Assembly (NCBI GenBank): GCA_964016885.1
Contig: OZ024743.1
Coordinates: 356,500,001 to 356,564,000 of the forward strand
From: Eledone cirrhosa
Lineage: Eukaryota
Reading direction: 5' to 3'
Length of the DNA stretch: 64,000 nucleotides
Below are positions 27,925 to 39,553 of this stretch, in pieces. Position numbers and translations under genes: made by a program. The first letter of the stretch is position 1; the number at the start of each line of letters is the position of its first letter. The notes beneath the pieces are model-generated. The model worked only from the letters and a program-made list of their open reading frames with translations, was not told the origin of the DNA and made no database searches.

Positions 27925-28352
27925 TTGCATGATGATGGTGACGATTCCTTTCAATGATAAAAACTATACAAACAGTAGCACTCTCAATGAGGACGGTAAC
28001 AGCAATAACGGCATGACATTGACAGTAATGACATAGGTGATGATGATGATGGTAATATGATGATGATCATCATGATCATGATGATATTATGATGACAATG
28101 ACCAGTTGTGGTATTATCGATGGATATGACAAAGATAATGATGATGTCAATGAGGAAAAGGATAACGATGATTACGACAACATGAAAATGATAGCAATGC
28201 CAATGATGATATTTAGCAAAATTACAATAACCATGTTGATATGACAATGAAAGGAAAGTTAACGATAATGACAGTCAGTGATGCTGTTGATGATCAAGGT
28301 TAAGATGATGATGATGATGACGGTGATGACCATGATGATGACAATGATGATG
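27925..28352. repeat. Degenerate (GAT)n low-complexity tract
   Basis: Seen directly. Confidence 0.75.
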
Positions 28353-28776
28353 TCTTAGAGATACAAGACCAAATAAAACTGATGTCCTGATGTCAAAATT
28401 AGTCATTATTAACAACTAAACTCCCAACTATTAATTAAAGTGTGTTTGGACGATATTTAATTTAATCTTTCTTCTCACTCTCCCCTACTTTGTCATTCAT
28501 CTCTATGACTGCCACCACACCCTCTCTTTTCTTTCTACCATTTCTTTGCTGTTTATTTTCCCTTTCAATTATTCACAAATAAAATTAATTGAAAAAATAG
28601 AGCTGTTTCTTTTTTTTTTTTTCTGTTGTTGTTTCTAAAATACAGAGGTTGAAATTGTAAATTAAATTGGGGAAAATAGAAATTGTATTATTTTAATTTT
28701 ATTTTCTGGGTTCAATTGATTCATGAGGTAAATTGTAGGGGGGGGGGGGGGGGGGGGGTAAGTGAACTGCATGGGC

Positions 28777-29250
28777 CATGTGTTCAAACTGAATCCCAGG
28801 CACTGATATGTTGCTATGTTAAGAAAAGGTCTTTAAGAGCCTTTGCCATGACTAGTTTCAGAACATGATGCAGGTGAATAACTGAATGATAAATTTGCTC
28901 CTGGATAAGATGCTAACTCATCTCATTATTGAATGACACTGATCATGTTTGAACTGAACCACAACTATTGATCTGTTGTATGAAAGAAATGTCTCTGGAA
29001 GACCTTTTCATGATTAGTTCCAGTTTCAGACAATGTAGCAGGTGAATGATAATTTTTTCAACAGGATAAGATAACAGCCTATCTCATAAATGAACTATAT
29101 GGGATACATATTCAAACTGAACCATAATCACTGATCTGTTGTATTAAGGAAATGACTCTTGGAATGTTTCTCATCACTAGTTCTTATTTCAGAGTATGGA
29201 ACATGTAAATGATAAATCTGCACCTGGATAAGATGCCAGCCCATCTCAAG
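28777..29250. repeat. Three degenerate tandem units of about 165 bp
   Basis: Unit starts 'cat(g/a)t..tcaaactgaa' near 28777, 28943 and 29107; each has 'atgataa...ggataagat...atctca'. Confidence 0.75.
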
Positions 29251-30623
29251 TAATATTCCACAAAGATCTAGGACCTATTCCAACAGCTACGTGAATTGAA
29301 ATACTCAGAAATAAACTGTCCTGAACAAATAAATGCTGAAACATTGCTGGATTTTGCAAAAACAATTTCTAGGGTTCCATGAAATGAAGTTTCTTTTAAT
29401 AAAATTTCATAAAAATTTATTTAATTTTGTGTATGTGTGTGTATCCAGTTTAGAATAGGTGCACTGTATCCCTGCATGCTGTAAGAAGCAACTAAAAGGG
29501 TTGGTATCAAGAGAGGCACCCAGCTGTAAAATAGTGTCTCAAACTGTCTTGTTCAACCTATGGCAGCATGGGAAAGTCAAACTAAAAGTGACGATACCGA
29601 TGATATAAATGAATAAATTTTCTCTAAAACAGCTATTTCGTTTGATGTTTTATTACAATCAGGCTGGTAGAAGACTGTCCATAAAACATAGGTATGGAGT
29701 CGACAATTTCTGGAAAGCAGGTTTGTTGACCACTATTCTAAAGCAAGAGAAGACATTTTTGTATGAGATGTGGGAGAGACAAATTGAAAATATCTTTTCA
29801 TCTTGTGCCATAATGAATGATATGGAAAACAATTTTCTTTTCTTTATCCAACATCACATATTATATTAAGGTCCAAGGGTTGGATAAAATTAAGCTGTAG
29901 ACCATAGTTTGTTGACCTCTGATCTAAACAACTGTGTCGGTAATCAAATATTTTATCCACTCAGCTTTTTGGGTTTTTTTGGGTTTTGCTTCATTTTACA
30001 TAATTCATAGAAGACTGAATATCTTTAGAAAAAGTTTATGAGAAGAATACACTTGGGGATGGAACAGCTGGGAAAATTCTGAATGATTCTAATAGAGTGA
30101 ACTGTACTAAAAGCAGTCCAAAACCATATGAGGGTGTTAAACCAGGTAGGATGATAAACTTACAACTAGCCTCTCCTAAATTTTATGTTGTGAATTAGGG
30201 AGCTGAGATAAATTTTCCATAAGCCATTACTTTATGAGAGTTTTAATTCTCAGTTGGACCAATTCAGAGGCATTCATTCTACATAGACAGCTGGTATTTG
30301 ACCATCCATCATAGATAATATTCATGAATTATGGTGGGTGAGAATTTAGGGTTGTGTCCTTCAGCAAGACATTTCACATTGCTCCCATCCACTCAATTGT
30401 AGTAGTGCCTTTAAATCAAAGGGTTGGTCTTGGCATGTGCATAAAAGGGTCAGGAAAACTTTCAGATGTGTCGAAGTGCTGGTACCATAATAAAATGCAT
30501 GCAGTGTACTCTGTAACTGAGAAATGAAAACCCACCTCTGAAAGGTCTGTAGATCCAATTAAGTACTGACTTGCTCTGTCTAATCCTTGCTACCAGGGAA
30601 AACGGACATTAAATGATGATGTA

Positions 30624-30668
<45 letters not shown>

Positions 30669-30671
30669 ATA

Positions 30672-31053
30672 ATCATCATCATCATCATTTCATTTCACGT
30701 CCGCTTTTCCCTATTTGCAAGGGTGGGACGGGAACGGATTCTGGCTTGATTTCTACAACTGGATGCCCTTCCTAACACCAACCTCATTTACAGTGAGTGC
30801 TGGGTGCTTTTTTCCGTGGCGCCTACATGTCTACTTTACAGTGTGGGCTGGGTGCTTTTTTGCCATGGCACCTCCACGACCACTTTGCAGTGGAATGCTA
30901 GGGACCCCAGTCCCTATCATCTCATTTTTACAGCTGAGTGAACTGGAGCAATGTGAAATAAAGTGTCTTGCTCAAGGAAACAACACATCACCCGGTCTGA
31001 GAATTGAACTCACAACCTTTCGATTGCAAGGCCAATGCTCTAACCACTAAGCC
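30672..31053 (-). mobile_element. Near full-length SINE family 2
   Basis: tRNA-like head 'ggcttagtggttagagcattggcc...gagttcaattc', 'ccttgagcaagacacttt' core, RTE-like tail and (GAT)n. Confidence 0.9.
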
Positions 31054-31384
31054 ATATATATATATACACACACACCACTGTGATCTCTGGCGTCACGCAG
31101 TAATACAGAGTACCCGACCTCCCATGGGTACAAGCTGAAGCATATAGACAATATGCCCCCACACCCTCCCACTGTAAAGTGGACGTGTAGGCGCCACAGA
31201 ATAAGCACCCAGCACTCACTGTAAATGAGGTTGGTGTTAAGAAGGGCATCCAGCTGTAGAAATCAAGCCAAAATCACTTCCTGTATAAGCAAGGCATGGT
31301 CAGCCGACCAGACACTGCCCACAACAGGACAACCCGTCTAACCCATGCTAGCATGGAAGAACGGACGTAAAACGGTGATGATAA

Positions 31385-31421
<37 letters not shown>

Positions 31422-31423
<2 letters not shown>

Positions 31424-31720
31424 CGTAATCCCATTGCTACTACACACAGTGTATGTGTGTGTATGTGCATATATGTATATATATATATATATATCTTAAG
31501 GTAACCATTGATGCATTCCAATTCAAGCACTCAACGTATTTTTTCCACATGGAATCGTGTGGCCACTGTCGTCATTGAAATATGTATCACAGTATTATCA
31601 ATAAAGGACTTTAACATCTGAAACTACTTCACAGTTTTCTCATTCTAAATATACTCCGTTTTTCCTATGTGGAAAAAATACATTGAGTGCTTGAATTGAA
31701 ATGCATCAATGGTTACCGTA

Positions 31721-31757
<37 letters not shown>

Positions 31758-31799
31758 TACACACACATACACTGTGTGTGGTAGCAATGGGATCACGAT
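31422..31799. repeat. Nested inverted repeats (foldback inside foldback)
   Basis: Inner arms 31494-31550 / 31667-31723; outer arms about 31422-31475 / 31748-31799, separated from the inner arms by (TA)n. Confidence 0.85.
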
Positions 31800-31947
31800 A
31801 CAATAAATTAGTTGGCATTAAGAAAGATATTCAGCTGCAAATGGGAGGTACGAGCAAGGCATGACATATAACACAGCATGCCTAGTCTCAGATTGTGGCA
31901 GACTGTCCTACATATGCCAACATGGAAAGCATTCATAAACACACTAA

Positions 31948-31984
<37 letters not shown>

Positions 31985-32868
31985 CATATATACAGTGCTT
32001 TTTCCATACTGGTATGGGTTGGATAGTGATTTTTAAAGCAATGTTTTACAGCCAGATGACCTTCTTATATATATATAATTATATAAGATGTGATGTGTCA
32101 TTGAGCAAGCCATTTTATTTCATGTTGCCCCAGTTTACTCAGCTGTAAAAATGAGTTGCGACATCACTGGTGCCAAGCTGTATCGGCCATTGCCTTTCCC
32201 TTAGACAACATCGGTGACATGGAGAGGGGAGACTGGTATGCATGGATAACTGCCAGTCTTCTACAAACAACCTTGTGCCTCGGAGGGGAACTTTCTAACT
32301 TCAAATCTCATAGTTATTTGTGACTGAAGGGAGCCTTTACCTTTTATATATATAAGCAGTAATATTTCTTTTAATGGAAGACAAAATATGAAATATGATT
32401 TTTCTTGAACAAAAGCTCTTTATCAGAGAATGTTTTTTTCATTAGGTGAAGAAATAGTGAACAATAAAACAGCTAAATATGATTAAAAATAAACTAAAAC
32501 AAAAAACAATTTTTTTGTTCAAATAAAAAAATAAATTTTGATTATCAGCGAGAGAAAAAAGAAGATACTTAACAAAAATAAAGATTTAAAAAAATGAAAA
32601 CAATTCAATAACGAAACTGAAATTAATTGAACGTTTGTAAATTCGTTAACTGATTGTATTGTGCTAATAGTTAAACATTTGATTGTAAGGGGATGATGGT
32701 ACAGGAAATGTGGGGATGGTCATGGGTGAAGGGAAGCAGTCTTTATTTGGTATTGTTTATCTCATGGTTTGTTATCTATCAATTTATCTATTTAGTTAGT
32801 TATTCATCTATTCATCTCTTTAGTTATCTGATTGTCTAATCTATTTAATTGTCACACACACATACACA

Positions 32869-32920
<52 letters not shown>

Positions 32921-33052
32921 TACACACACACACACACCATATGCATGCACACCTACAGATATTTATACATTAAATATATATATGTATATATTCATCATCA
33001 TCATCGTTTAATGTCCATCTTCCCCGCTAGCGTGTATATATATATATATATA

Positions 33053-33679
33053 TCATCGTCATCATCATCGTCTATCTTCCACGCTAGCATGAGTTTAGAT
33101 GGGAATTGTCCCACTTGAGGCAAGATTGATTGTCTTGATCGTGTAGGACTGTCTGGCAGGTTTTCTATGGCTGGATGCCCTTCCTAACACCAACCACGTT
33201 TACAGTGTGGACTGGGAGGTTTTTACTGTGTTACCTCCACGGCCACATTACAGCGTGGACTATGTGTTTTTTTGTCATGACACCTACACAACCTCATTTA
33301 TTTAGGACTGGATGATGTTGTGGTACCAACATAGAGAAAGGGGTGGTGTTGATGGGGGTGGGGGTAGGGGGATTTTTGGTTAAGAGGTGCCTACTGACTG
33401 TAGGTTTCGCTTTGTACATAGGCAAGGCGGGTCTTCTGTATTACTGCGTAACGCCAAAGATCTTGGTCCAGTGACATTGTCTTGGAGAGGTATAAGTGTG
33501 TAAGGTCGGAATTTATCAAATTGTCCCAGGTTTTTCTGGGTCTGCCTACTCCATAACTTCCATCAATTTTGATCGCTCTGTACTTTTTTATACAGCTGTC
33601 GTCTTTCATGTGCATCATGTGACCATACGAGCATAGTCTTCTCTCGAGTAAACAGCATCTGATCCCTCTTATTCCTAAT
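33053..33679 (-). mobile_element. RTE-B 3' fragment
   Basis: ORF 33391-33618 KDDSCIKKYRAIKIDGSYGVGRPRKTWD plus 3'UTR. Confidence 0.9.
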
Positions 33680-33756
33680 ATATATATATATCATCATCAT
33701 CATCATTTACCGTCCATTTTTCCAAGCTAGCATGGGTTACCGTGGCCGTGTCTTGC

Positions 33757-33987
33757 TCACATGACACAAAGCACCCAGCCCACACTGTAAAGTGGTCATG
33801 TAGGAGTCACGTCAAAAAGCACCCAGCCCACACTGTAAAGTGGTCATGTAGGAGTCACGACAAAAAGCACCCAGCCCACACTGTAAAGTGGTCATGGAGG
33901 AGTCACGTCAAAAAGCACCCAGCCCACACTGTAAAGTGTTCATGTAGGAGTCACGACAAAAAGCACCTAGCACACACTGTTAATGTG
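33757..33987 (+). repeat. 48-bp tandem repeat (about 5 copies) derived from the RTE/SINE UTR module
   Basis: Unit cacgacaaaaagcacccagcccacactgtaaagtggtcatgtaggagt. Confidence 0.9.
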
Positions 33988-34238
33988 GAAGGCACCTAGC
34001 CATAGAAACCTAGTCGGAAACAGTTCTATGTGAGCTAGATACGGTCACCTGACCCAACATACCTCTAATGGGACAACTCGTCTAACCCATGCTAAGGTGG
34101 AAAATGGATGTTAAACGATAATGATCGATATATATATCATCATCATATATATATATATACACAGATATGTAAGTATGTATGTATACGTACATACATATAT
34201 GTATACAGACGTACAGTAGTATTTATATATATACATAC

Positions 34239-34603
34239 ATGCACACATATATATATGCACGTATCGGTTTACCGAACATTTATTATAATGCTCGGTTTGT
34301 TTGTTTGTAAACAAACAAACAGCCCGAATTACGTCGTACAGTGTTTAGGCAACCACATCACCTTTTTGTTCAACATTGACACAGGAATATTAATATGCAT
34401 AAGGAAAGTATATACTTTCAGACGTTCAACCATCTAGCAGGAAGGTATACAATGCTGACAATAGCTAATAAGCTTGAAACAAGTACATCGTTCCTGTGTC
34501 AGTGTTGAACAAAAAGGTGATGTGAGCATTATAATAGATGTTCGGTAAACATTATAATAGATGTTCGGTAAACCGATACGTGCATATATATATATGTGTG
34601 CAT
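34239..34603 (+). mobile_element. Foldback element with decayed hammerhead motif (Penelope-like architecture)
   Basis: Arm pairs about 34239-34292 / 34525-34603 and 34355-34388 / 34491-34524; aatg-CTGACAA-tagctaataagctt-GAAA-caagTA-catc at 34451-34489. Confidence 0.6.
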
Positions 34604-37600
34604 CATCATCATCATCATCATCAACGTTTAACGTCCGTGTTCCACGCTTGCATGGGTTTGGACGGAGGTAGTCCCACTTGAGGCAAGAGTGATTGTCTTG
34701 CTCGCATAGGACTGTCTGGCAGGTTTTCTACAGTTGGATGCCCTTCCTAACACCAACCACATTTACAGTGTGGGTCTGGGAGGTTTTTACCGTGTTGCCT
34801 ACACGGCCACATTACAGCGTGGACTGTGTGTTTTTTTGTCGTGACACCTACACGATCTCATTTGTTTCGGCCTCGATGGCGCGGCACCAACATAACTTTA
34901 CATAGAACGGGGTGGTGTGGATCGGGTGGGGGTGGTGGTGGTGGGACGGGGTGTATTTTGTTAGAGATGCCTACTGGCTGGAGTAGGTTTTACTATATAT
35001 TTAGGTAAGGCGGGTCTTCTCTGTTACTGAGTACCGCCAAAGGTCTCGGTCCAGTGACATTGTCTTGGAGAGGTGTAAGTGTGTGATGTCGGAGTTTATC
35101 AGCTCGTCCCAGGTTTTTCTAGGTCTGCCTATTCCGTGACTACCGTCTATCTTTATTGCCCTGCACTTTGTTATACAGCTATCGACTTTCATGCGCATCA
35201 CGTGTCCATACCAACGTAGCCTTCTCTCGAGTAAACAACATCTGATCCCTCTTATCTCTAATTTTTTCCTTAGTTCGTTTATGCTTTGCCGTTCACGTAT
35301 ATTACTGTTACACATCCAGCGGAGCATGCAAGCTTCGTTCCTCTCTAGTCTGCGTATATCCTCTGCACACAATGCCCAGGTCTCACTGCCATGCAGCATT
35401 GCTGTTCGTATGCAGGCATCGTACAACCTGCCTTTCATTTTTAGTGAGAACCCTTTAGCAGCTAATAGTGGTATAAGCTCTCTGAACTTTTTCCAACCAG
35501 TTCTGACTCTAGCTACAGTACTTTCAGAGCACCCTCCCCCACTGCTGATTTTATCGCCCAGGTAACGGAAGCTGTCCACTATTTCTATAGAACCCTCTGC
35601 GCAATTGAAAGAGCTAGTAGTTTGTGGGCACTTGCTGCTACTTATTGCACCAGAGCACCGGCCACATGTAAAATCTATGTTCTTAGTTAGCTTACCTGTG
35701 ATCCCACTACATCTTTTATGCACCCATACTTTGCATTTAGGACATAAAATGGAGTTTCTACCTACGCCTTTCCTACACACCGAGCACGACCATTTCCCAG
35801 AAGGGACCGCCGCCTTGTTTTCTTTCCTACAAACTAGTACTTTGGTCTTAGCCAGGTTAATTTTAAGTCCTTTTGACTCTAGGCCGTGCTTCCATGTTTG
35901 GAATTTCTTCTCTAGCTCGGCCATTGATTCCGCTATGAGTGTCAGGTCGTCTGCGTATAGGAGTTCCCATGGGCAGCCTGTCTTGAACTCCTCTGTTATA
36001 GCCTGAAGGGCAATAATAAATAGTAGTGGACTGAGAACAGAGCCCTGATGGACGCCAACTTTTACGCTAAACTCTTCACTATATTCGTTGTTAATTCTAA
36101 CCTTGCTGACTGTTTCTTTATACATGGCTTGTATAGCCCTCACAAGCCATTCGTCAACGCCTAGTTTTCTAAGAGCCCACCAGATAATGGAGCGGGGGAC
36201 TCTGTCGAAGGCTTTCTCCAAGTCGACAAAAGCTAAGTAGAGGGGTTTACCTTTAGCTAGGTACTTCTCCTGTAGTTGTCGTACTATGAAAAGAGCGTCT
36301 GTGGTACTTTTGCCTGACACAAACCCGAACTGCATTTCATCTAGGTCAATTCTCTCTCTGATTAGTTGCGCTATTACTCTTTCCGTGACCTTCATGACCT
36401 GGTCGATTAATTTAATGCCTCTATAGTTACTCCTATCTAGGGCGTCTCCTTTACCCTTATAACAGTTAACGATGATGCTGCTATGCCAGTCCTTCGGAAC
36501 AACCCCATTCTGTACGACTTGGTTAACTATGCGGGTGACCATGGTGTGTCCCACCGTGCCAGATGCCTTCAGCATCTCAGCAACTATTTCCGAAGGCCCA
36601 GCCGCCTTACCAGTCTTCATATCCTTGATTGCCTTACTTATTATACTCCCCTCGACTAACACTGCTGGTCCCTCTATTGGGTCGATATGGGGGAGACTGC
36701 CTTTCTGCCAATTATTCTCCTCATTTAGAAGCCTTTCATAGTGACACTTCCAAGCTACCTTCTTATCAGCGTCGGTGATGGCAAGTGTGCCATCGTCGTT
36801 TAGTACACACTTCTCCCCGACAATATCACGGTTTTCCTTGACGCATTGCCTAGCAATCCTGAACACCTCACGTTTTTGGTCATCGCGTTGTAGAACATGC
36901 TTGAACTTTCTTTCCTCAGCTTCCCTTCTTGCTAAGTACACTTGTCTCCTAGCTTCCCTCCTGGCCACTTGATAGTCCTCTCTACTTCCCCCATCCCGCC
37001 ATACTTTCCAAGCCTGCTTTTTGGCCTTAATTGACCCCTCCACCTTACTGTTCCACCACCATGTTACTCTCCTCCTGCCTACAGGCCTGCTCCAGCCACA
37101 GACCTCGTCTGTCGCCAACAGCAGGTTTGCTTTCAGAAATTCCCACTCTCCCTCTATATTGTCCGACTCTAAATGTTCTTCCTTACTGTCGAAAGCATCA
37201 AGTAATATGCTTTGAAATTTATTCCTGGCTGTGGGGTCCTTTAGCTTCCATATTTTCCTCCTGAGGATAGTCCTCTTCTGTTGTCGAGTACGTCTCGTCC
37301 TGACTATGAGGTCGCTAATTATCAGTCTATGTTGGGAGGTGCATTCTTCATGGGGGAGGGATTTAGTGTTAACAACAGACACTCTGTCACGTCTTCTGGT
37401 AAGGATATAATCTACCTGGCTTGTGTGTTCCCCGGATCTATAGGTGATCAGGTGATTGTCACGTTTTTTGAAGTTAGTGTTACAGATAGTTAGGTTATTT
37501 GCATCACAGAATTCCAGGATTCTGGAGCCTTCCTCATTTCTAGTACCAAACCCATAGCCTCCATGGATTTCGTCGTAGCCGTCACAATGTTGTCCAACGT

Positions 37601-38040
37601 GACCATTTAGGTCGCCTGCGATAATTATATAGTCACTGTCGGATATTTGGGAGGTAGTTAGCATCAGTGTCTCATAGAATCTGTCTTTTATAGTGCCGGG
37701 CAGTCCGGATTGGGGTGCGTACGCAGATATTACTGTCACCGTAGTTCTATTGAGGACAAGTCGTATTTTAATTATTCTGTCGTTCACTCTATTTACGTCT
37801 ATTATCTTATCTGCCCACTTTTCTGCTACCATGATTCCTACTCCACCCAGCCCATCGTCGTTTCCCACCCAGAAAAGCTTATAACATCGTTTTTTACCCT
37901 CAATGAACCTAGCAGACCCACCCCTCCACCTGGTCTCTTGAATACAACAAACATCGACCTCCTTACGTTCAAGCATTTCTACAACCTCGTTAGCGCGACC
38001 CTTTAGGGTGTCTACATTTATGGTACCAACTCTGAAGTTA
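34602..38040 (-). mobile_element. RTE-clade LINE family B, coding region essentially complete, 5'UTR missing
   Basis: Frame open from NFRVGTINVDTL (about 38039) to stop at 35001; 3'UTR and (GAT)n tail. Confidence 0.96.
35001..38039 (-). CDS. APE endonuclease + reverse transcriptase + C4HC3 finger polyprotein (991 aa from the first Met at 37976)
   Basis: APE motifs GTINV, IQETRW, SAYAPQ, GDLNGHVG, QVDYIL, SQHR; RT motifs DLEKAFD, HQGSVLSP, YADD, FRYLG. Confidence 0.93.
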   Translation of the reverse strand, partial: NFRVGTINVDTLKGRANEVVEMLERKEVDVCCIQETRWRGGSARFIEGKKRCYKLFWVGNDDGLGGVGIMVAEKWADKIIDVNRVNDRIIKIRLVLNRTTVTVISAYAPQSGLPGTIKDRFYETLMLTTSQISDSDYIIIAGDLNGHVGQHCDGYDEIHGGYGFGTRNEEGSRILEFCDANNLTICNTNFKKRDNHLITYRSGEHTSQVDYILTRRRDRVSVVNTKSLPHEECTSQHRLIISDLIVRTRRTRQQKRTILRRKIWKLKDPTARNKFQSILLDAFDSKEEHLESDNIEGEWEFLKANLLLATDEVCGWSRPVGRRRVTWWWNSKVEGSIKAKKQAWKVWRDGGSREDYQVARREARRQVYLARREAEERKFKHVLQRDDQKREVFRIARQCVKENRDIVGEKCVLNDDGTLAITDADKKVAWKCHYERLLNEENNWQKGSLPHIDPIEGPAVLVEGSIISKAIKDMKTGKAAGPSEIVAEMLKASGTVGHTMVTRIVNQVVQNGVVPKDWHSSIIVNCYKGKGDALDRSNYRGIKLIDQVMKVTERVIAQLIRERIDLDEMQFGFVSGKSTTDALFIVRQLQEKYLAKGKPLYLAFVDLEKAFDRVPRSIIWWALRKLGVDEWLVRAIQAMYKETVSKVRINNEYSEEFSVKVGVHQGSVLSPLLFIIALQAITEEFKTGCPWELLYADDLTLIAESMAELEKKFQTWKHGLESKGLKINLAKTKVLVCRKENKAAVPSGKWSCSVCRKGVGRNSILCPKCKVWVHKRCSGITGKLTKNIDFTCGRCSGAISSSKCPQTTSSFNCAEGSIEIVDSFRYLGDKISSGGGCSESTVARVRTGWKKFRELIPLLAAKGFSLKMKGRLYDACIRTAMLHGSETWALCAEDIRRLERNEACMLRWMCNSNIRERQSINELRKKLEIRGIRCCLLERRLRWYGHVMRMKVDSCITKCRAIKIDGSHGIGRPRKTWDELINSDITHLHLSKTMSLDRDLWRYSVTEKTRLT

Positions 38041-38176
38041 CATACTACTGTACGTCTGTATACATATATGTATGTACGTATACATACTTACATTTAAGTA
38101 AGTGCCGTACTAAGAGTGGGAAATGAAATTTTGTTTCATTCTATTCCATTTATATACAGATAGATATACTAATATG

Positions 38177-38213
<37 letters not shown>

Positions 38214-38214
38214 C

Positions 38215-38490
38215 CAGTCCAAACTAATGAGGTTGTGTAGGTGTAACGACAAAAAAATAAAACACACAGTCCACGCTGTAATGTGGCCATCTGGGTAACA
38301 CGGTAAAAACCTCCCAGGCCATACTGTAAACGTGGTTGGTGTTAGGAAAGGCATCCAGCTGTAGAAAACCTGCCAGATAGTCCTATATGAGTGAGACACG
38401 GTCACCCAACCAATCTTGCCTCAAGTGGGACAATTCCCGTCTAAACCTATGCTAGCATGGAAGATAGACGTTAAACGATGATGATCATGA
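38215..38490 (+). mobile_element. RTE-B-like 3'UTR fragment
   Basis: Reverse complement of the 33065-33310-type tail. Confidence 0.85.
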
Positions 38491-38959
38491 TTACCACACG
38501 GGATACATAAAAAAAGAAACAGAAAACTCGGACAATTCCCGCTCATCAGTTGTCTTCTGGAGATCATCATAGTTTCAGATGCTTCCAAAGACAGGAGTAT
38601 TTACTACCAGTGCATCAATAGTATCTAAAGGAAGATAGTTATTCAGGATGAAAACAATGGATGTTGAACAAAAAAAAAGGGCCGAATATCTACATATTGA
38701 TATGAGAAGGAAAATTGCTACAATTGAATGCAACACACAAATGTGGGTAGATAACCATAATAAAGAAATAAATACAAGTTAGTTCAAGCAATCACCCTGG
38801 AACTAATTTAATAGACAAGAGATGTGGTGAAGTGGACTGACCAAGTCAGTCATTGAATGGGAAAAGAATGAGACAGAGGCTTGATGCGAAGTTGGTGTGT
38901 AGGGCAGTATTGAGAACAAAAAGCGAGGGAGAAAAAGATAGAAAGATGGGTATACAGAG

Positions 38960-39243
38960 AGAGAGAGAGGAAGAAAGAGAGAAGGGCAGAGAGAGGAAGA
39001 AAGAGAGAAGGGCAGAAGGGGAAAGAAAGAGAGAGAGAAGGGCAGAAGGGGAATGAAAGAGAGAGAAGGGCAGAAGGGGAATGAAAGAGAGAGAGAAGGG
39101 TAGAAGAGGAATGAAAGAGAGAGAGAAGGGCAGAAGGGGAAAGAAAGAGAGAGAGAAGAGCAGAAGGGGAATGAAAGAGAGAGAAGGGCAGAAGGGAATG
39201 AAAGAGAGAGAGAAGGGCAGAAGAGGAATGAAAGAGAGAGAGA
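38960..39243. repeat. Purine-only minisatellite of about 30 bp
   Basis: Unit gaaagagagagagaagggcagaaggggaat. Confidence 0.9.
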
Positions 39244-39513
39244 ATTGCAGCAGTAGTAAACCACAGTTTTGATTTCAAAATTAAGCTGTGTGGGGTTACA
39301 ATGATAATATTCAAAAGCACATGGGACATATAAAAGAAACAGAAAACTTGAAAAGGACAAGACAAGCACATGAACCATTCCTGCTCATCGGCTGTCTTCT
39401 AGGGATCCTTATAGTGTCAGATGCTTCCAAAGATATACACACACACAGATATAAATATATATATGCATATAAATATACATATATACAAATACCTATTAAT
39501 ATATAAATACATA

Positions 39514-39553
<40 letters not shown>

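Noticed and set aside
38803-39378. 191-aa Leu/Ser/Phe-rich ORF
   Set aside because: Translation of the pyrimidine strand of a minisatellite
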